A program made the translations under genes and the position numbers. Below, piece by piece: positions 14,901 through 30,000 of a stretch of 64,000 nt of DNA. This DNA comes from Auanema rhodensis (lineage: Eukaryota; Animalia; Nematoda). Positions within the stretch are counted from its first letter, which is position 1. Every line of letters starts with the position of its first letter. Location: assembly GCA_964057225.1 (NCBI GenBank), contig OZ059897.1, forward strand, positions 21,390,001 to 21,454,000, read 5' to 3'. Below the pieces are notes generated by a model. It was not told the origin of the DNA, made no database searches, and was given only the letters and a program-made list of their open reading frames with translations.

Positions 14901-16729
14901 ACCATGACTTTGAAATTTACGTGAACTTTAATTTATGCTAATTAAATGTACACGTGATGTGCACTTGGTATGTAACTCGCTTCACGTGAAAGATAAAGAG
15001 ATTCGGTTTTCAAAATTAGATTCCCCATGTCCATATTAGTCTAAAAACAAATTTTTATTGATATTGGTTCATGGTAACCATGACTTTGAAATTTACGTGA
15101 ACTTTAATTTATGCTAATTAAATGTACACGTGATGTGCACTTGGTATGTAACTCGCTCCACGTGAAAGATAAAGAGATGCGGTTTTCAAAATTAGATTCC
15201 CCATGTCCATATTAGTCTAAAAACAAATTTTTATTGATATTGGTTCATGGTAACCATGACTTTGAAATTTACGTGAACTTTAATTTATGCTAATTAAATG
15301 TACACGTGATGTGCACTTGGTATGTAACTCGCTTCACGTGAAAGATAAAGAGATGCGGTTTTCAAAATTAGATTCCCCATGTCCATATTAGTCTAAAAAC
15401 AAATTTTTATTGATATTGGTTCATGGTAACCATGACTTTGAAATTTACGTGAACTTTAATTTATGCTAATTAAATGTACACGTGATGTGCACTTGGTATG
15501 TAACTCGCTTCACGTGAAAGATAAAGAGATTCGGTTTTCAAAATTAGATTCCCCATGTCCATATTAGTCTAAAAACAAATTTTTATTGATATTGGTGCAT
15601 GGTAACCATGACTTTGAAATTTACGTGAACTTTAATTTATGCTAATTAAATGTACACGTGATGTGCACTTGGTATGTAACTCGCTCCACGTGAAAGATAA
15701 AGAGATGCGGTTTTCAAAATTAGATTCCCCATGTCCATATTAGTCTAAAAACAAATTTTTATTGATATTGGTGCATGGTAACCATGACTTTGAAATTTAC
15801 GTGAACTTTAATTTATGCTAATTAAATGTACACGTGATGTGCACTTGGTATGTAACTCGCTTCACGTAAAAGATAAAGAGATGCGGTTTTCAAAATTAGA
15901 TTCCCCATGTCCATATTAGTCTAAAAACAAATTTTTATTGATATTGGTTCATGGTAACCATGACTTTGAAATTTACGTGAACTTTAATTTATGCTAATTA
16001 AATGTACACGTGATGTGCACTTGGTATGTAACTCGCTTCACGTGAAAGATAAAGAGATGCGGTTTTCAAAAATAGATTCCCCATGTCCATATTAGTCTAA
16101 AAACAAATTTTTATTGATATTGGTGCATGGTAACCATGACTTTGAAATTTACGTGAACTTTAATTTATGCTAATTAAATGTACACGTGATGTGCACTTGG
16201 TATGGAACTCGCTTCACGTGAAAGATAAAGAGATGCGGTTTTCAAAATTAGATTCCCCATGTCCATATTAGTCTAAAAACAAATTTTTATTGATATTGGT
16301 TCATGGTAACCATGACTTTGAAATTTACGTGAACTTTAATTTATGCTAATTTAATGTACACGTGATGTGCACTTGGTATGTAACTCGCTTCACGTGAAAG
16401 ATAAAGAGATTCGGTTTTCAAAATTAGATTCCCCATGTCCATATTAGTCTAAAAACAAATTTTTATTGATATTGGTGCATGGTAACCATGACTTTGAAAT
16501 TTACGTGAACTTTAATTTATGCTAATTAAATGTACACGTGATGTGCACTTGGTATGTAACTCGCTTCACGAGAAAGATAAAGAGATGCGGTTTTCAAAAT
16601 TAGATTCCCCATGTCCATATTAGTCTAAAAACAAATTTTTATTGATATTGGTTCATGGTAACCATGACTTTGAAATTTACGTGAACTTTAATTTATGCTA
16701 ATTAAATGTACACGTGATGTGCACTTGGT

Positions 16730-19700
16730 ATGTAACTCGCTTCACGTGAAAGATAAAGAGATGCGGTTTTCAAAATTAGATTCCCCATGTCCATATTAGT
16801 CTAAAAACAAATTTTTATTGATATTGGTTCATGGTAACCATGACTTTGAAATTTACGTGAACTTTAATTTATGCTAATTAAATGTACACGTGATGTGCAC
16901 TTGGTATGTAACTCGCTTCACGTGAAAGATAAAGAGATGCGGTTTTCAAAATTAGATTCCCCATGTCCATATTAGTCTAAAAACAAATTTTTATCGATAT
17001 TGGTTCATGGTAACCATGACTTTGAAATTTACGTGAACTTTAATTTATGCTAATTAAATGTACACGTGATGTGCACTTGGTATGTAACTCGCTTCACGTG
17101 AAAGATAAAGAGATTCGGTTTTCAAAATTAGATTCCCCATGTCCATATTAGTCTAAAAACAAATTTTTATCGATATTGGTTCATGGTAACCATGACTTTG
17201 AAATTTACGTGAACTTTAATTTATGCTAATTAAATGTACACGTGATGTGCACTTGGTATGTAACTCGCTTCACGTGAAAGATAAAGAGATGCGGTTTTCA
17301 AAATTAGATTCCCCATGTCCATATTAGTCTAAAAACAAATTTTTATTGATATTGGTGCATGGTAACCAAGACTTTGAAATTTACGTGAACTTTAATTTAT
17401 GCTAATTAAATGTACACGTGATGTGCACTTGGTATGTAACTCGCTTCACGTGAAAGATGAAGAGATGCGGTTTTCAAAATTAGATTCCCCATGTCCATAT
17501 TAGTCTAAAAACAAATTGTTATTGATATTGGTTCATGGTAACCATGACTTTGAAATTTACGTGAACTTTAATTTATGCTAATTAAATGTACATGTGATGT
17601 GCACTTGGTATGTAACTTGCTTCACGTGAAAGATAAAGAGATTCGGTTTTCAAAATTAGATTCCCCATGTCCATATTAGTCTAAAAACAAATTTTTATTG
17701 ATATTGGTGCATGGTAACCATGACTTTGAAATTTACGTGAACTTTAATTTATGCTAATTAAATGTACACGTGATGTGCACTTGGTATGTAACTCGCTTCA
17801 CGAGAAAGATAAAGAGATGCGGTTTTCAAAATTAGATTCCCCATGTCCATATTAGTCTAAAAACAAATTTTTATTGATATTGGTTCATGGTAACCATGAC
17901 TTTGAAATTTACGTGAACTTTAATTTATGCTAATTAAATGTACACGTGATGTGCACTTGGTATGTAACTCGCTTCACGTGAAAGATAAAGAGATGCGGTT
18001 TTCAAAATTAGATTCCCCATGTCCATATTAGTCTAAAAACAAATTTTTATTGATATTGGTTCATGGTAACCATGACTTTGAAATTTACGTGAACTTTAAT
18101 TTATGCTAATTAAATGTACACGTGATGTGCACTTGGTATGTAACTCGCTTCACGTGAAAGATAAAGAGATGCGGTTTTTAAAATTAGATTCCCCATGTCC
18201 ATATTAGTCTAAAAACAAATTTTTATCGATATTGGTTCATGGTAACCATGACTTTGAAATTTACGTGAACTTTAATTTATGCTAATTAAATGTACACGTG
18301 ATGTGCACTTGGTATGTAACTCGCTTCACGTGAAAGATAAAGAGATGCGGTTTTCAAAATTAGATTCCCCATGTCCATATTAGTCTAAAAACAAATTTTT
18401 ATTGATATTGGTTCATGGTAACCATGACTTTGAAATTTACGTGAACTTTAATTTATGCTAATTAAATGTACACGTGATGTGCACTTGGTATGTAACTCGC
18501 TTCACGTGAAAGATAAAGAGATGCGGTTTTCAAAATTAGATTCCCCATGTCCATATTAGTCTAAAAACAAATTTTTATCGATATTGGTTCATGGTAACCA
18601 TGACTTTGAAATTTACGTGAACTTTAATTTATGCTAATTAAATGTACACGTGATGTGCACTTGGTATGTAACTCGCTTCACGTGAAAGATAAAGAGATTC
18701 GGTTTTCAAAATTAGATTCCCCATGTCCATATTAGTCTAAAAACAAATTTTTATCGATATTGGTTCATGGTAACCATGACTTTGAAATTTACGTGAACTT
18801 TAATTTATGCTAATTAAATGTACACGTGATGTGCACTTGGTATGTAACTCGCTTCACGTGAAAGATAAAGAGATGCGGTTTTCAAAATTAGATTCCCCAT
18901 GTCCATATTAGTCTAAAAACAAATTTTTATTGATATTGGTGCATGGTAACCAAGACTTTGAAATTTACGTGAACTTTAATTTATGCTAATTAAATGTACA
19001 CGTGATGTGCACTTGGTATGTAACTCGCTTCACGTGAAAGATGAAGAGATGCGGTTTTCAAAATTAGATTCCCCATGTCCATATTAGTCTAAAAACAAAT
19101 TGTTATTGATATTGGTTCATGGTAACCATGACTTTGAAATTTACGTGAACTTTAATTTATGCTAATTAAATGTACATGTGATGTGCACTTGGTATGTAAC
19201 TTGCTTCACGTGAAAGATAAAGAGATTCGGTTTTCAAAATTAGATTCCCCATGTCCATATTAGTCTAAAAACAAATTTTTATTGATATTGGTGCATGGTA
19301 ACCATGACTTTGAAATTTACGTGAACTTTAATTTATGCTAATTAAATGTACACGTGATGTGCACTTGGTATGTAACTCGCTTCACGAGAAAGATAAAGAG
19401 ATGCGGTTTTCAAAATTAGATTCCCCATGTCCATATTAGTCTAAAAACAAATTTTTATTGATATTGGTTCATGGTAACCATGACTTTGAAATTTACGTGA
19501 ACTTTAATTTATGCTAATTAAATGTACACGTGATGTGCACTTGGTATGTAACTCGCTTCACGTGAAAGATAAAGAGATGCGGTTTTCAAAATTAGATTCC
19601 CCATGTCCATATTAGTCTAAAAACAAATTTTTATTGATATTGGTTCATGGTAACCATGACTTTGAAATTTACGTGAACTTTAATTTATGCTAATTAAATG

Positions 19701-19930
19701 TACACGTGATGTGCACTTGGTATGTAACTCGCTTCACGTGAAAGATAAAGAGATGCGGTTTTTAAAATTAGATTCCCCATGTCCATATTAGTCTAAAAAC
19801 AAATTTTTATCGATATTGGTTCATGGTAACCATGACTTTGAAATTTACGTGAACTTTAATTTATGCTAATTAAATGTACACGTGATGTGCACTTGGTATG
19901 TAACTCGCTTCACGTGAAAGATAAAGAGAT
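16730..19930 (+). repeat. 9-mer HOR tandem duplication (1584 bp x2)
   Basis: AAATTGTT (17518/19102), AACTTGC (~17618/19202) and TTTTTAAAA (18179/19763) are 1584 apart. Boundaries approximate. Confidence 0.85.
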
Positions 19931-22900
19931 TCGGTTTTCAAAATTAGATTCCCCATGTCCATATTAGTCTAAAAACAAATTTTTATCGATATTGGTTCAT
20001 GGTAACCATGACTTTGAAATTTACGTGAACTTTAATTTATGCTAATTAAATGTACACGTGATGTGCACTTGGTATGTAACTCGCTTCACGTGAAAGATAA
20101 AGAGATGCGGTTTTCAAAATTAGATTCCCCATGTCCATATTAGTCTAAAAACAAATTTTTATTGATATTGGTGCATGGTAACCAAGACTTTGAAATTTAC
20201 GTGAACTTTAATTTATGCTAATTAAATGTACACGTGATGTGCACTTGGTATGTAACTCGCTTCACGTGAAAGATGAAGAGATGCGGTTTTCAAAATTAGA
20301 TTCCCCATGTCCATATTAGTCTAAAAACAAATTGTTATTGATATTGGTTCATGGTAACCATGACTTTGAAATTTACGTGAACTTTAATTTATGCTAATTA
20401 AATGTACATGTGATGTGCACTTGGTATGTAACTCGCTTCACGTGAAAGATAAAGAGATGCGGTTTTCAAAATTAGATTCCCCATGTCCATATTAGTCTAA
20501 AAACAAATTTTTATCGATATTGGTTCATGGTAACCATGACTTTGAAATTTACGTGAACTTTAATTTATGCTAATCTGATGTACACGTGATGTGCACTTGG
20601 TATGTAACTCGCTTCACGTGAAAGATAAAGAGATGCGGTTTTCAAAATTAGATTCCCCATGTCCATATTAGTCTAAAAACAAATTTTTATTGATATTGGT
20701 GCATGGTAACCATGACTTTGAAATTTACGTGAACTTTAATTTATGCTAATTAAATGTACACGTGATGTGCACTTGGTATGTAACTCGCTTCACGAGAAAG
20801 ATAAAGAGATGCGGTTTTCAAAATTAGATTCCCCATGTCCATATTAGTCTAAAAACAAATTTTTATTGATATTGGTTCATGGTAACCATGACTTTGAAAT
20901 TTACGTGAACTTTAATTTATGCTAATTAAATGTACACGTGATGTGCACTTGGTATGTAACTCGCTTCACGTGAAAGATAAAGAGATGCGGTTTTCAAAAT
21001 TAGATTCCCCATGTCCATATTAGTCTAAAAACAAATTTTTATCGATATTGGTTCATGGTAACCATGACTTTGAAATTTACGTGAACTTTAATTTATGCTA
21101 ATTAAATGTACATGTGATGTGCACTTGGTATGTAACTCGCTTCACGTGAAAGATAAAGAGATGCGGTTTTCAAAATTAGATTCCCCATGTCCATATTAGT
21201 CTAAAAACAAATTTTTATTGATATTGGTTCATGGTAACCATGACTTTGAAATTTACGTGAACTTTAATTTATGCTAATTAAATGTACACGTGATGTGCAC
21301 TTGGTATGTAACTCGCTTCACGTGAAAGATAAAGAGATGCGGTTTTCAAAATTATATTCCCCATGTCCATATTAGTCTGAAAACAAATTTTTATTGATAT
21401 TGGTGCATGGTAACCATGACTTTGAAATTTACGTGAACTTTAATTTATGCTAATTAAATGTACACGTGATGTGCACTTGGTATGGAACTCGCTTCACGTG
21501 AAAGATAAAGAGATGCGGTTTTCAAAATTAGATTCCCCATGTCCATATTAGTCTAAAAACAAATTTTTATTGATATTGGTTCATGGTAACCATGACTTTG
21601 AAATTTACGTGAACTTTAATTTATGCTAATTAAATGTACACGTGATGTGCACTTGGTATGTAACTCGCTTCACGTAAAAGATAAAGAGATGCGGTTTTCA
21701 AAATTAGATTCCCCATGTCCATATTAGTCTAAAAACAAATTTTTATTGATATTGGTTCATGGTAACCATGACTTTGAAATTTACGTGAACTTTAATTTAT
21801 GCTAATTAAATGTACACGTGATGTGCACTTGGTATGTAACTCGCTTCACGTGAAAGATAAAGAGATGCGGTTTTCAAAATTAGATTCCCCATGTCCATAT
21901 TAGTCTAAAAACAAATTTTTATCGATATTGGTTCATGGTAACCATGACTTTGAAATTTACGTGAACTTTAATTTATGCTAATTAAATGTACACGTGATGT
22001 GCACTTGGTATGTAACTCGCTTCACGTGAAAGATAAAGAGATTCGGTTTTCAAAATTAGATTCCCCATGTCCATATTAGTCTAAAAACAAATTTTTATCG
22101 ATATTGGTTCATGGTAACCATGACTTTGAAATTTACGTGAACTTTAATTTATGCTAATTAAATGTACACGTGATGTGCACTTGGTATGTAACTCGCTTCA
22201 CGTGAAAGATAAAGAGATGCGGTTTTCAAAATTAGATTCCCCATGTCCATATTAGTCTAAAAACAAATTTTTATTGATATTGGTGCATGGTAACCAAGAC
22301 TTTGAAATTTACGTGAACTTTAATTTATGCTAATTAAATGTACACGTGATGTGCACTTGGTATGTAACTCGCTTCACGTGAAAGATGAAGAGATGCGGTT
22401 TTCAAAATTAGATTCCCCATGTCCATATTAGTCTAAAAACAAATTGTTATTGATATTGGTTCATGGTAACCATGACTTTGAAATTTACGTGAACTTTAAT
22501 TTATGCTAATTAAATGTACATGTGATGTGCACTTGGTATGTAACTCGCTTCACGTGAAAGATAAAGAGATGCGGTTTTCAAAATTAGATTCCCCATGTCC
22601 ATATTAGTCTAAAAACAAATTTTTATCGATATTGGTTCATGGTAACCATGACTTTGAAATTTACGTGAACTTTAATTTATGCTAATCTGATGTACACGTG
22701 ATGTGCACTTGGTATGTAACTCGCTTCACGTGAAAGATAAAGAGATGCGGTTTTCAAAATTAGATTCCCCATGTCCATATTAGTCTAAAAACAAATTTTT
22801 ATTGATATTGGTGCATGGTAACCATGACTTTGAAATTTACGTGAACTTTAATTTATGCTAATTAAATGTACACGTGATGTGCACTTGGTATGTAACTCGC

Positions 22901-24034
22901 TTCACGAGAAAGATAAAGAGATGCGGTTTTCAAAATTAGATTCCCCATGTCCATATTAGTCTAAAAACAAATTTTTATTGATATTGGTTCATGGTAACCA
23001 TGACTTTGAAATTTACGTGAACTTTAATTTATGCTAATTAAATGTACACGTGATGTGCACTTGGTATGTAACTCGCTTCACGTGAAAGATAAAGAGATGC
23101 GGTTTTCAAAATTAGATTCCCCATGTCCATATTAGTCTAAAAACAAATTTTTATCGATATTGGTTCATGGTAACCATGACTTTGAAATTTACGTGAACTT
23201 TAATTTATGCTAATTAAATGTACATGTGATGTGCACTTGGTATGTAACTCGCTTCACGTGAAAGATAAAGAGATGCGGTTTTCAAAATTAGATTCCCCAT
23301 GTCCATATTAGTCTAAAAACAAATTTTTATTGATATTGGTTCATGGTAACCATGACTTTGAAATTTACGTGAACTTTAATTTATGCTAATTAAATGTACA
23401 CGTGATGTGCACTTGGTATGTAACTCGCTTCACGTGAAAGATAAAGAGATGCGGTTTTCAAAATTATATTCCCCATGTCCATATTAGTCTGAAAACAAAT
23501 TTTTATTGATATTGGTGCATGGTAACCATGACTTTGAAATTTACGTGAACTTTAATTTATGCTAATTAAATGTACACGTGATGTGCACTTGGTATGGAAC
23601 TCGCTTCACGTGAAAGATAAAGAGATGCGGTTTTCAAAATTAGATTCCCCATGTCCATATTAGTCTAAAAACAAATTTTTATTGATATTGGTTCATGGTA
23701 ACCATGACTTTGAAATTTACGTGAACTTTAATTTATGCTAATTAAATGTACACGTGATGTGCACTTGGTATGTAACTCGCTTCACGTAAAAGATAAAGAG
23801 ATGCGGTTTTCAAAATTAGATTCCCCATGTCCATATTAGTCTAAAAACAAATTTTTATTGATATTGGTTCATGGTAACCATGACTTTGAAATTTACGTGA
23901 ACTTTAATTTATGCTAATTAAATGTACACGTGATGTGCACTTGGTATGTAACTCGCTTCACGTGAAAGATAAAGAGATGCGGTTTTCAAAATTAGATTCC
24001 CCATGTCCATATTAGTCTAAAAACAAATTTTTAT
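19764..24034 (+). repeat. 12-mer HOR tandem duplication (2112 bp x2)
   Basis: AAATTGTT (20334/22446), TAATCTGATG (20575/22687) and ATTATATT (21355/23467) are 2112 apart. Bounded by mismatches at 19763/21875 and 21923/24035. Confidence 0.9.
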
Positions 24035-27000
24035 TGATATTGGTGCATGGTAACCATGACTTTGAAATTTACGTGAACTTTAATTTATGCTAATTAAATG
24101 TACACGTGATGTGCACTTGGTATGGAACTCGCTTCACGTGAAAGATAAAGAGATGCGGTTTTCAAAATTATATTCCCCATGTCCATATTAGTCTGAAAAC
24201 AAATTTTTATTGATATTGGTGCATGGTAACCATGACTTTGAAATTTACGTGAACTTTAATTTATGCTAATTAAATGTACACGTGATGTGCACTTGGTATG
24301 GAACTCGCTTCACGTGAAAGATAAAGAGATGCGGTTTTCAAAATTAGATTCCCCATGTCCATATTAGTCTAAAAACAAATTTTTATTGATATTGGTTCAT
24401 GGTAACCATGACTTTGAAATTTACGTGAACTTTAATTTATGCTAATTAAATGTACACGTGATGTGCACTTGGTATGTAACTCGCTTCACGTAAAAGATAA
24501 AGAGATGCGGTTTTCAAAATTAGATTCCCCATGTCCATATTAGTCTAAAAACAAATTTTTATTGATATTGGTTCATGGTAACCATGACTTTGAAATTTAC
24601 GTGAACTTTAATTTATGCTAATTAAATGTACACGTGATGTGCACTTGGTATGTAACTCGCTTCACGTGAAAGATAAAGAGATGCGGTTTTCAAAATTAGA
24701 TTCCCCATGTCCATATTAGTCTAAAAACAAATTTTTATTGATATTGGTTCATGGTAACCATGACTTTGAAATTTACGTGAACTTTAATTTATGCTAATTA
24801 AATGTACACGTGATGTGCACTTGGTATGTAACTCGCTTCACGTGAAAGATAAAGAGATTCGGTTTTCAAAATTAGATTCCCCATGTCCATATTAGTCTAA
24901 AAACAAATTTTTATTGATATTGGTGCATGGTAACCATGACTTTAAAATTTACGTGAACTTTAATTTATGCTAATTAAATGTACACGTGATGTGCACTTGG
25001 TATGTAACTCGCTTCACGAGAAAGATAAAGAGATGCGGTTTTCAAAATTAGATTCCCCATGTCCATATTAGTCTAAAAACAAATTTTTATTGATATTGGT
25101 TCATGGTAACCATGACTTTGAAATTTACGTGAACTTTAATTTATGCTAATTAAATGTACACGTGATGTGCACTTGGTATGTAACTCGCTTCACGTGAAAG
25201 ATAAAGAGATGCGGTTTTCAAAATTAGATTCCCCATGTCCATATTAGTCTAAAAACAAATTTTTATTGATATTGGTTCATGGTAACCATGACTTTGAAAT
25301 TTACGTGAACTTTAATTTATGCTAATTAAATGTACACGTGATGTGCACTTGGTATGTAACTCACTTCACGTGAAAGATAAAGAGATGCGGTTTTCAAAAT
25401 TAGATTCCCCATGTCCATATTAGTCTAAAAACAAATTTTTATCGATATTGGTTCATGGTAACCATGACTTTGAAATTTACGTGAACTTTAATTTATGCTA
25501 ATTAAATGTACACGTGATGTGCACTTGGTATGTAACTCGCTTCACGTGAAAGATAAAGAGATTCGGTTTTCAAAATTAGATTCCCCATGTCCATATTAGT
25601 CTAAAAACAAATTTTTATCGATATTGGTTCATGGTAACCATGACTTTGAAATTTACGTGAACTTTAATTTATGCTAATTAAATGTACACGTGATGTGCAC
25701 TTGGTATGTAACTCGCTTCACGTGAAAGATAAAGAGATGCGGTTTTCAAAATTAGATTCCCCATGTCCATATTAGTCTAAAAACAAATTTTTATTGATAT
25801 TGGTGCATGGTAACCATGACTTTGAAATTTACGTGAACTTTAATTTATGCTAATTAAATGTACACGTGATGTGCACTTGGTATGTAACTCGCTTCACGAG
25901 AAAGATAAAGAGATGCGGTTTTCAAAATTAGATTCCCCATGTCCATATTAGTCTAAAAACAAATTTTTATTGATATTGGTTCATGGTAACCATGACTTTG
26001 AAATTTACGTGAACTTTAATTTATGCTAATTAAATGTACACGTGATGTGCACTTGGTATGTAACTCGCTTCACGTGAAAGATAAAGAGATGCGGTTTTCA
26101 AAATTAGATTCCCCATGTCCATATTAGTCTAAAAACAAATTTTTATTGATATTGGTTCATGGTAACCATGACTTTGAAATTTACGTGAACTTTAATTTAT
26201 GCTAATTAAATGTACACGTGATGTGCACTTGGTATGTAACTCACTTCACGTGAAAGATAAAGAGATGCGGTTTTCAAAATTAGATTCCCCATGTTCATAT
26301 TAGTCTAAAAACAAATTTTTATCGATATTGGTTCATGGTAACCATGACTTTGAAATTTACGTGAACTTTAATTTATGCTAATTAAATGTACACGTGATGT
26401 GCACTTGGTATGTAACTCGCTTCACGTGAAAGATAAAGAGATTCGGTTTTCAAAATTAGATTCCCCATGTCCATATTAGTCTAAAAACAAATTTTTATCG
26501 ATATTGGTTCATGGTAACCATGACTTTGAAATTTACGTGAACTTTAATTTATGCTAATTAAATGTACACGTGATGTGCACTTGGTATGTAACTCGCTTCA
26601 CGTGAAAGATAAAGAGATGCGGTTTTCAAAATTAGATTCCCCATGTCCATATTAGTCTAAAAACAAATTTTTATTGATATTGGTTCATGGTAACCATGAC
26701 TTTGAAATTTACGTGAACTTTAATTTATGCTAATTAAATGTACACGTGATGTGCACTTGGTATGTAACTCGCTTCACGTGAAAGATAAAGAGATGCGGTT
26801 TTCAAAATTAGATTCCCCATGTCCATATTAGTCTAAAAACAAATTTTTATTGATATTGGTTCATGGTAACCATGACTTTGAAATTTACGTGAACTTTAAT
26901 TTATGCTAATTAAATGTACACGTGATGTGCACTTGGTATGTAACTCGCTTCACGTGAAAGATAAAGAGATGCGGTTTTCAAAATTAGATTCCCCATGTCC

Positions 27001-30000
27001 ATATTAGTCTAAAAACAAATTTTTATCGATATTGGTTCATGGTAACCATGACTTTGAAATTTACGTGAACTTTAATTTATGCTAATTAAATGTACACGTG
27101 ATGTGCACTTGGTATGTAACTCGCTTCACGTGAAAGATAAAGAGATTCGGTTTTCAAAATTAGATTCCCCATGTCCATATTAGTCTAAAAACAAATTTTT
27201 ATCGATATTGGTTCATGGTAACCATGACTTTGAAATTTACGTGAACTTTAATTTATGCTAATTAAATGTACACGTGATGTGCACTTGGTATGTAACTCGC
27301 TTCACGTGAAAGATAAAGAGATGCGGTTTTCAAAATTAGATTCCCCATGTCCATATTAGTCTAAAAACAAATTTTTATTGATATTGGTGCATGGTAACCA
27401 AGACTTTGAAATTTACGTGAACTTTAATTTATGCTAATTAAATGTACACGTGATGTGCACTTGGTATGTAACTCGCTTCACGTGAAAGATGAAGAGATGC
27501 GGTTTTCAAAATTAGATTCCCCATGTCCATATTAGTCTAAAAACAAATTGTTATTGATATTGGTTCATGGTAACCATGACTTTGAAATTTACGTGAACTT
27601 TAATTTATGCTAATTAAATGTACATGTGATGTGCACTTGGTATGTAACTCGCTTCACGTGAAAGATAAAGAGATGCGGTTTTCAAAATTAGATTCCCCAT
27701 GTCCATATTAGTCTAAAAACAAATTTTTATCGATATTGGTTCATGGTAACCATGACTTTGAAATTTACGTGAACTTTAATTTATGCTAATTAGATGTACA
27801 CGTGATGTGCACTTGGTATGTAACTCGCTTCACGTGAAAGATAAAGAGATGCGGTTTTCAAAATCAGATTCCCCATGTCCATATTAGTCTAAAAACAAAT
27901 TTTTATTGATATTGGTGCATGGTAACCATGACTTTGAAAATTACGTGAACTTTAATTTATGCTAATTAAATGTACACGTGATGTGCACTTGGTATGTAAC
28001 TCGCTTCACGAGAAAGATAAAGAGATGCGGTTTTTAAAATTAGATTCCCCATGTCCATATTAGTCTAAAAACAAATTTTTATTGATATTGGTTCATGGTA
28101 ACCATGACTTTGAAATTTACGTGAACTTTAATTTATGCTAATTAAATGTACACGTGATGTGCACTTGGTATGTAACTCGCTTCACGTGAAAGATAAAGAG
28201 ATGCGGTTTTCAAAATTAGATTCCCCATGTCCATATTAGTCTAAAAACAAATTTTTATCGATATTGGTTCATGGTAACCATGACTTTGAAATTTACGTGA
28301 ACTTTAATTTATGCTAATTAAATGTACACGTGATGTGCACTTGGTATGCAACTCGCTTCACGTGAAAGATAAAGAGATGCGGTTTTCAAAATTATATTCC
28401 CCATGTCCATATTAGTCTGAAAACAAATTTTTATTGATATTGGTGCATGGTAACCATGACTTTGAAATTTACGTGAACTTTAATTTATGCTAATTAAATG
28501 TACACGTGATGTGCACTTGGTATGGAACTCGCTTCACGTGAAAGATAAAGAGATGCGGTTTTCAAAATTAGATTCCCCATGTCCATATTAGTCTAAAAAC
28601 AAATTTTTATTGATATTGGTTCATGGTAACCATGACTTTGAAATTTACGTGAACTTTAATTTATGCTAATTAAATGTACACGTGATGTGCACTTGGTATG
28701 TAACTCGCTTCACGTGAAAGATAAAGAGATGCGGTTTTCAAAATTATATTCCCCATGTCCATATTAGTCTGAAAACAAATTTTTATTGATATTGGTGCAT
28801 GGTAACCATGACTTTGAAATTTACGTGAACTTTAATTTATGCTAATTAAATGTACACGTGATGTGCACTTGGTATGGAACTCGCTTCACGTGAAAGATAA
28901 AGAGATGCGGTTTTCAAAATTAGATTCCCCATGTCCATATTAGTCTAAAAACAAATTTTTATTGATATTGGTTCATGGTAACCATGACTTTGAAATTTAC
29001 GTGAACTTTAATTTATGCTAATTAAATGTACACGTGATGTGCACTTGGTATGTAACTCGCTTCACGTAAAAGATAAAGAGATGCGGTTTTCAAAATTAGA
29101 TTCCCCATGTCCATATTAGTCTAAAAACAAATTTTTATTGATATTGGTTCATGGTAACCATGACTTTGAAATTTACGTGAACTTTAATTTATGCTAATTA
29201 AATGTACACGTGATGTGCACTTGGTATGTAACTCGCTTCACGTGAAAGATAAAGAGATGCGGTTTTCAAAATTAGATTCCCCATGTCCATATTAGTCTAA
29301 AAACAAATTTTTATTGATATTGGTGCATGGTAACCATGACTTTGAAATTTACGTGAACTTTAATTTATGCTAATTAAATGTACACGTGATGTGCACTTGG
29401 TATGGAACTCGCTTCACGTGAAAGATAAAGAGATGCGGTTTTCAAAATTAGATTCCCCATGTCCATATTAGTCTAAAAACAAATTTTTATTGATATTGGT
29501 TCATGGTAACCATGACTTTGAAATTTACGTGAACTTTAATTTATGCTAATTAAATGTACACGTGATGTGCACTTGGTATGTAACTCGCTTCACGTGAAAG
29601 ATAAAGAGATTCGGTTTTCAAAATTAGATTCCCCATGTCCATATTAGTCTAAAAACAAATTTTTATTGATATTGGTGCATGGTAACCATGACTTTGAAAT
29701 TTACGTGAACTTTAATTTATGCTAATTAAATGTACACGTGATGTGCACTTGGTATGTAACTCGCTTCACGAGAAAGATAAAGAGATGCGGTTTTCAAAAT
29801 TAGATTCCCCATGTCCATATTAGTCTAAAAACAAATTTTTATTGATATTGGTTCATGGTAACCATGACTTTGAAATTTACGTGAACTTTAATTTATGCTA
29901 ATTAAATGTACACGTGATGTGCACTTGGTATGTAACTCGCTTCACGTGAAAGATAAAGAGATTCGGTTTTCAAAATTAGATTCCCCATGTCCATATTAGT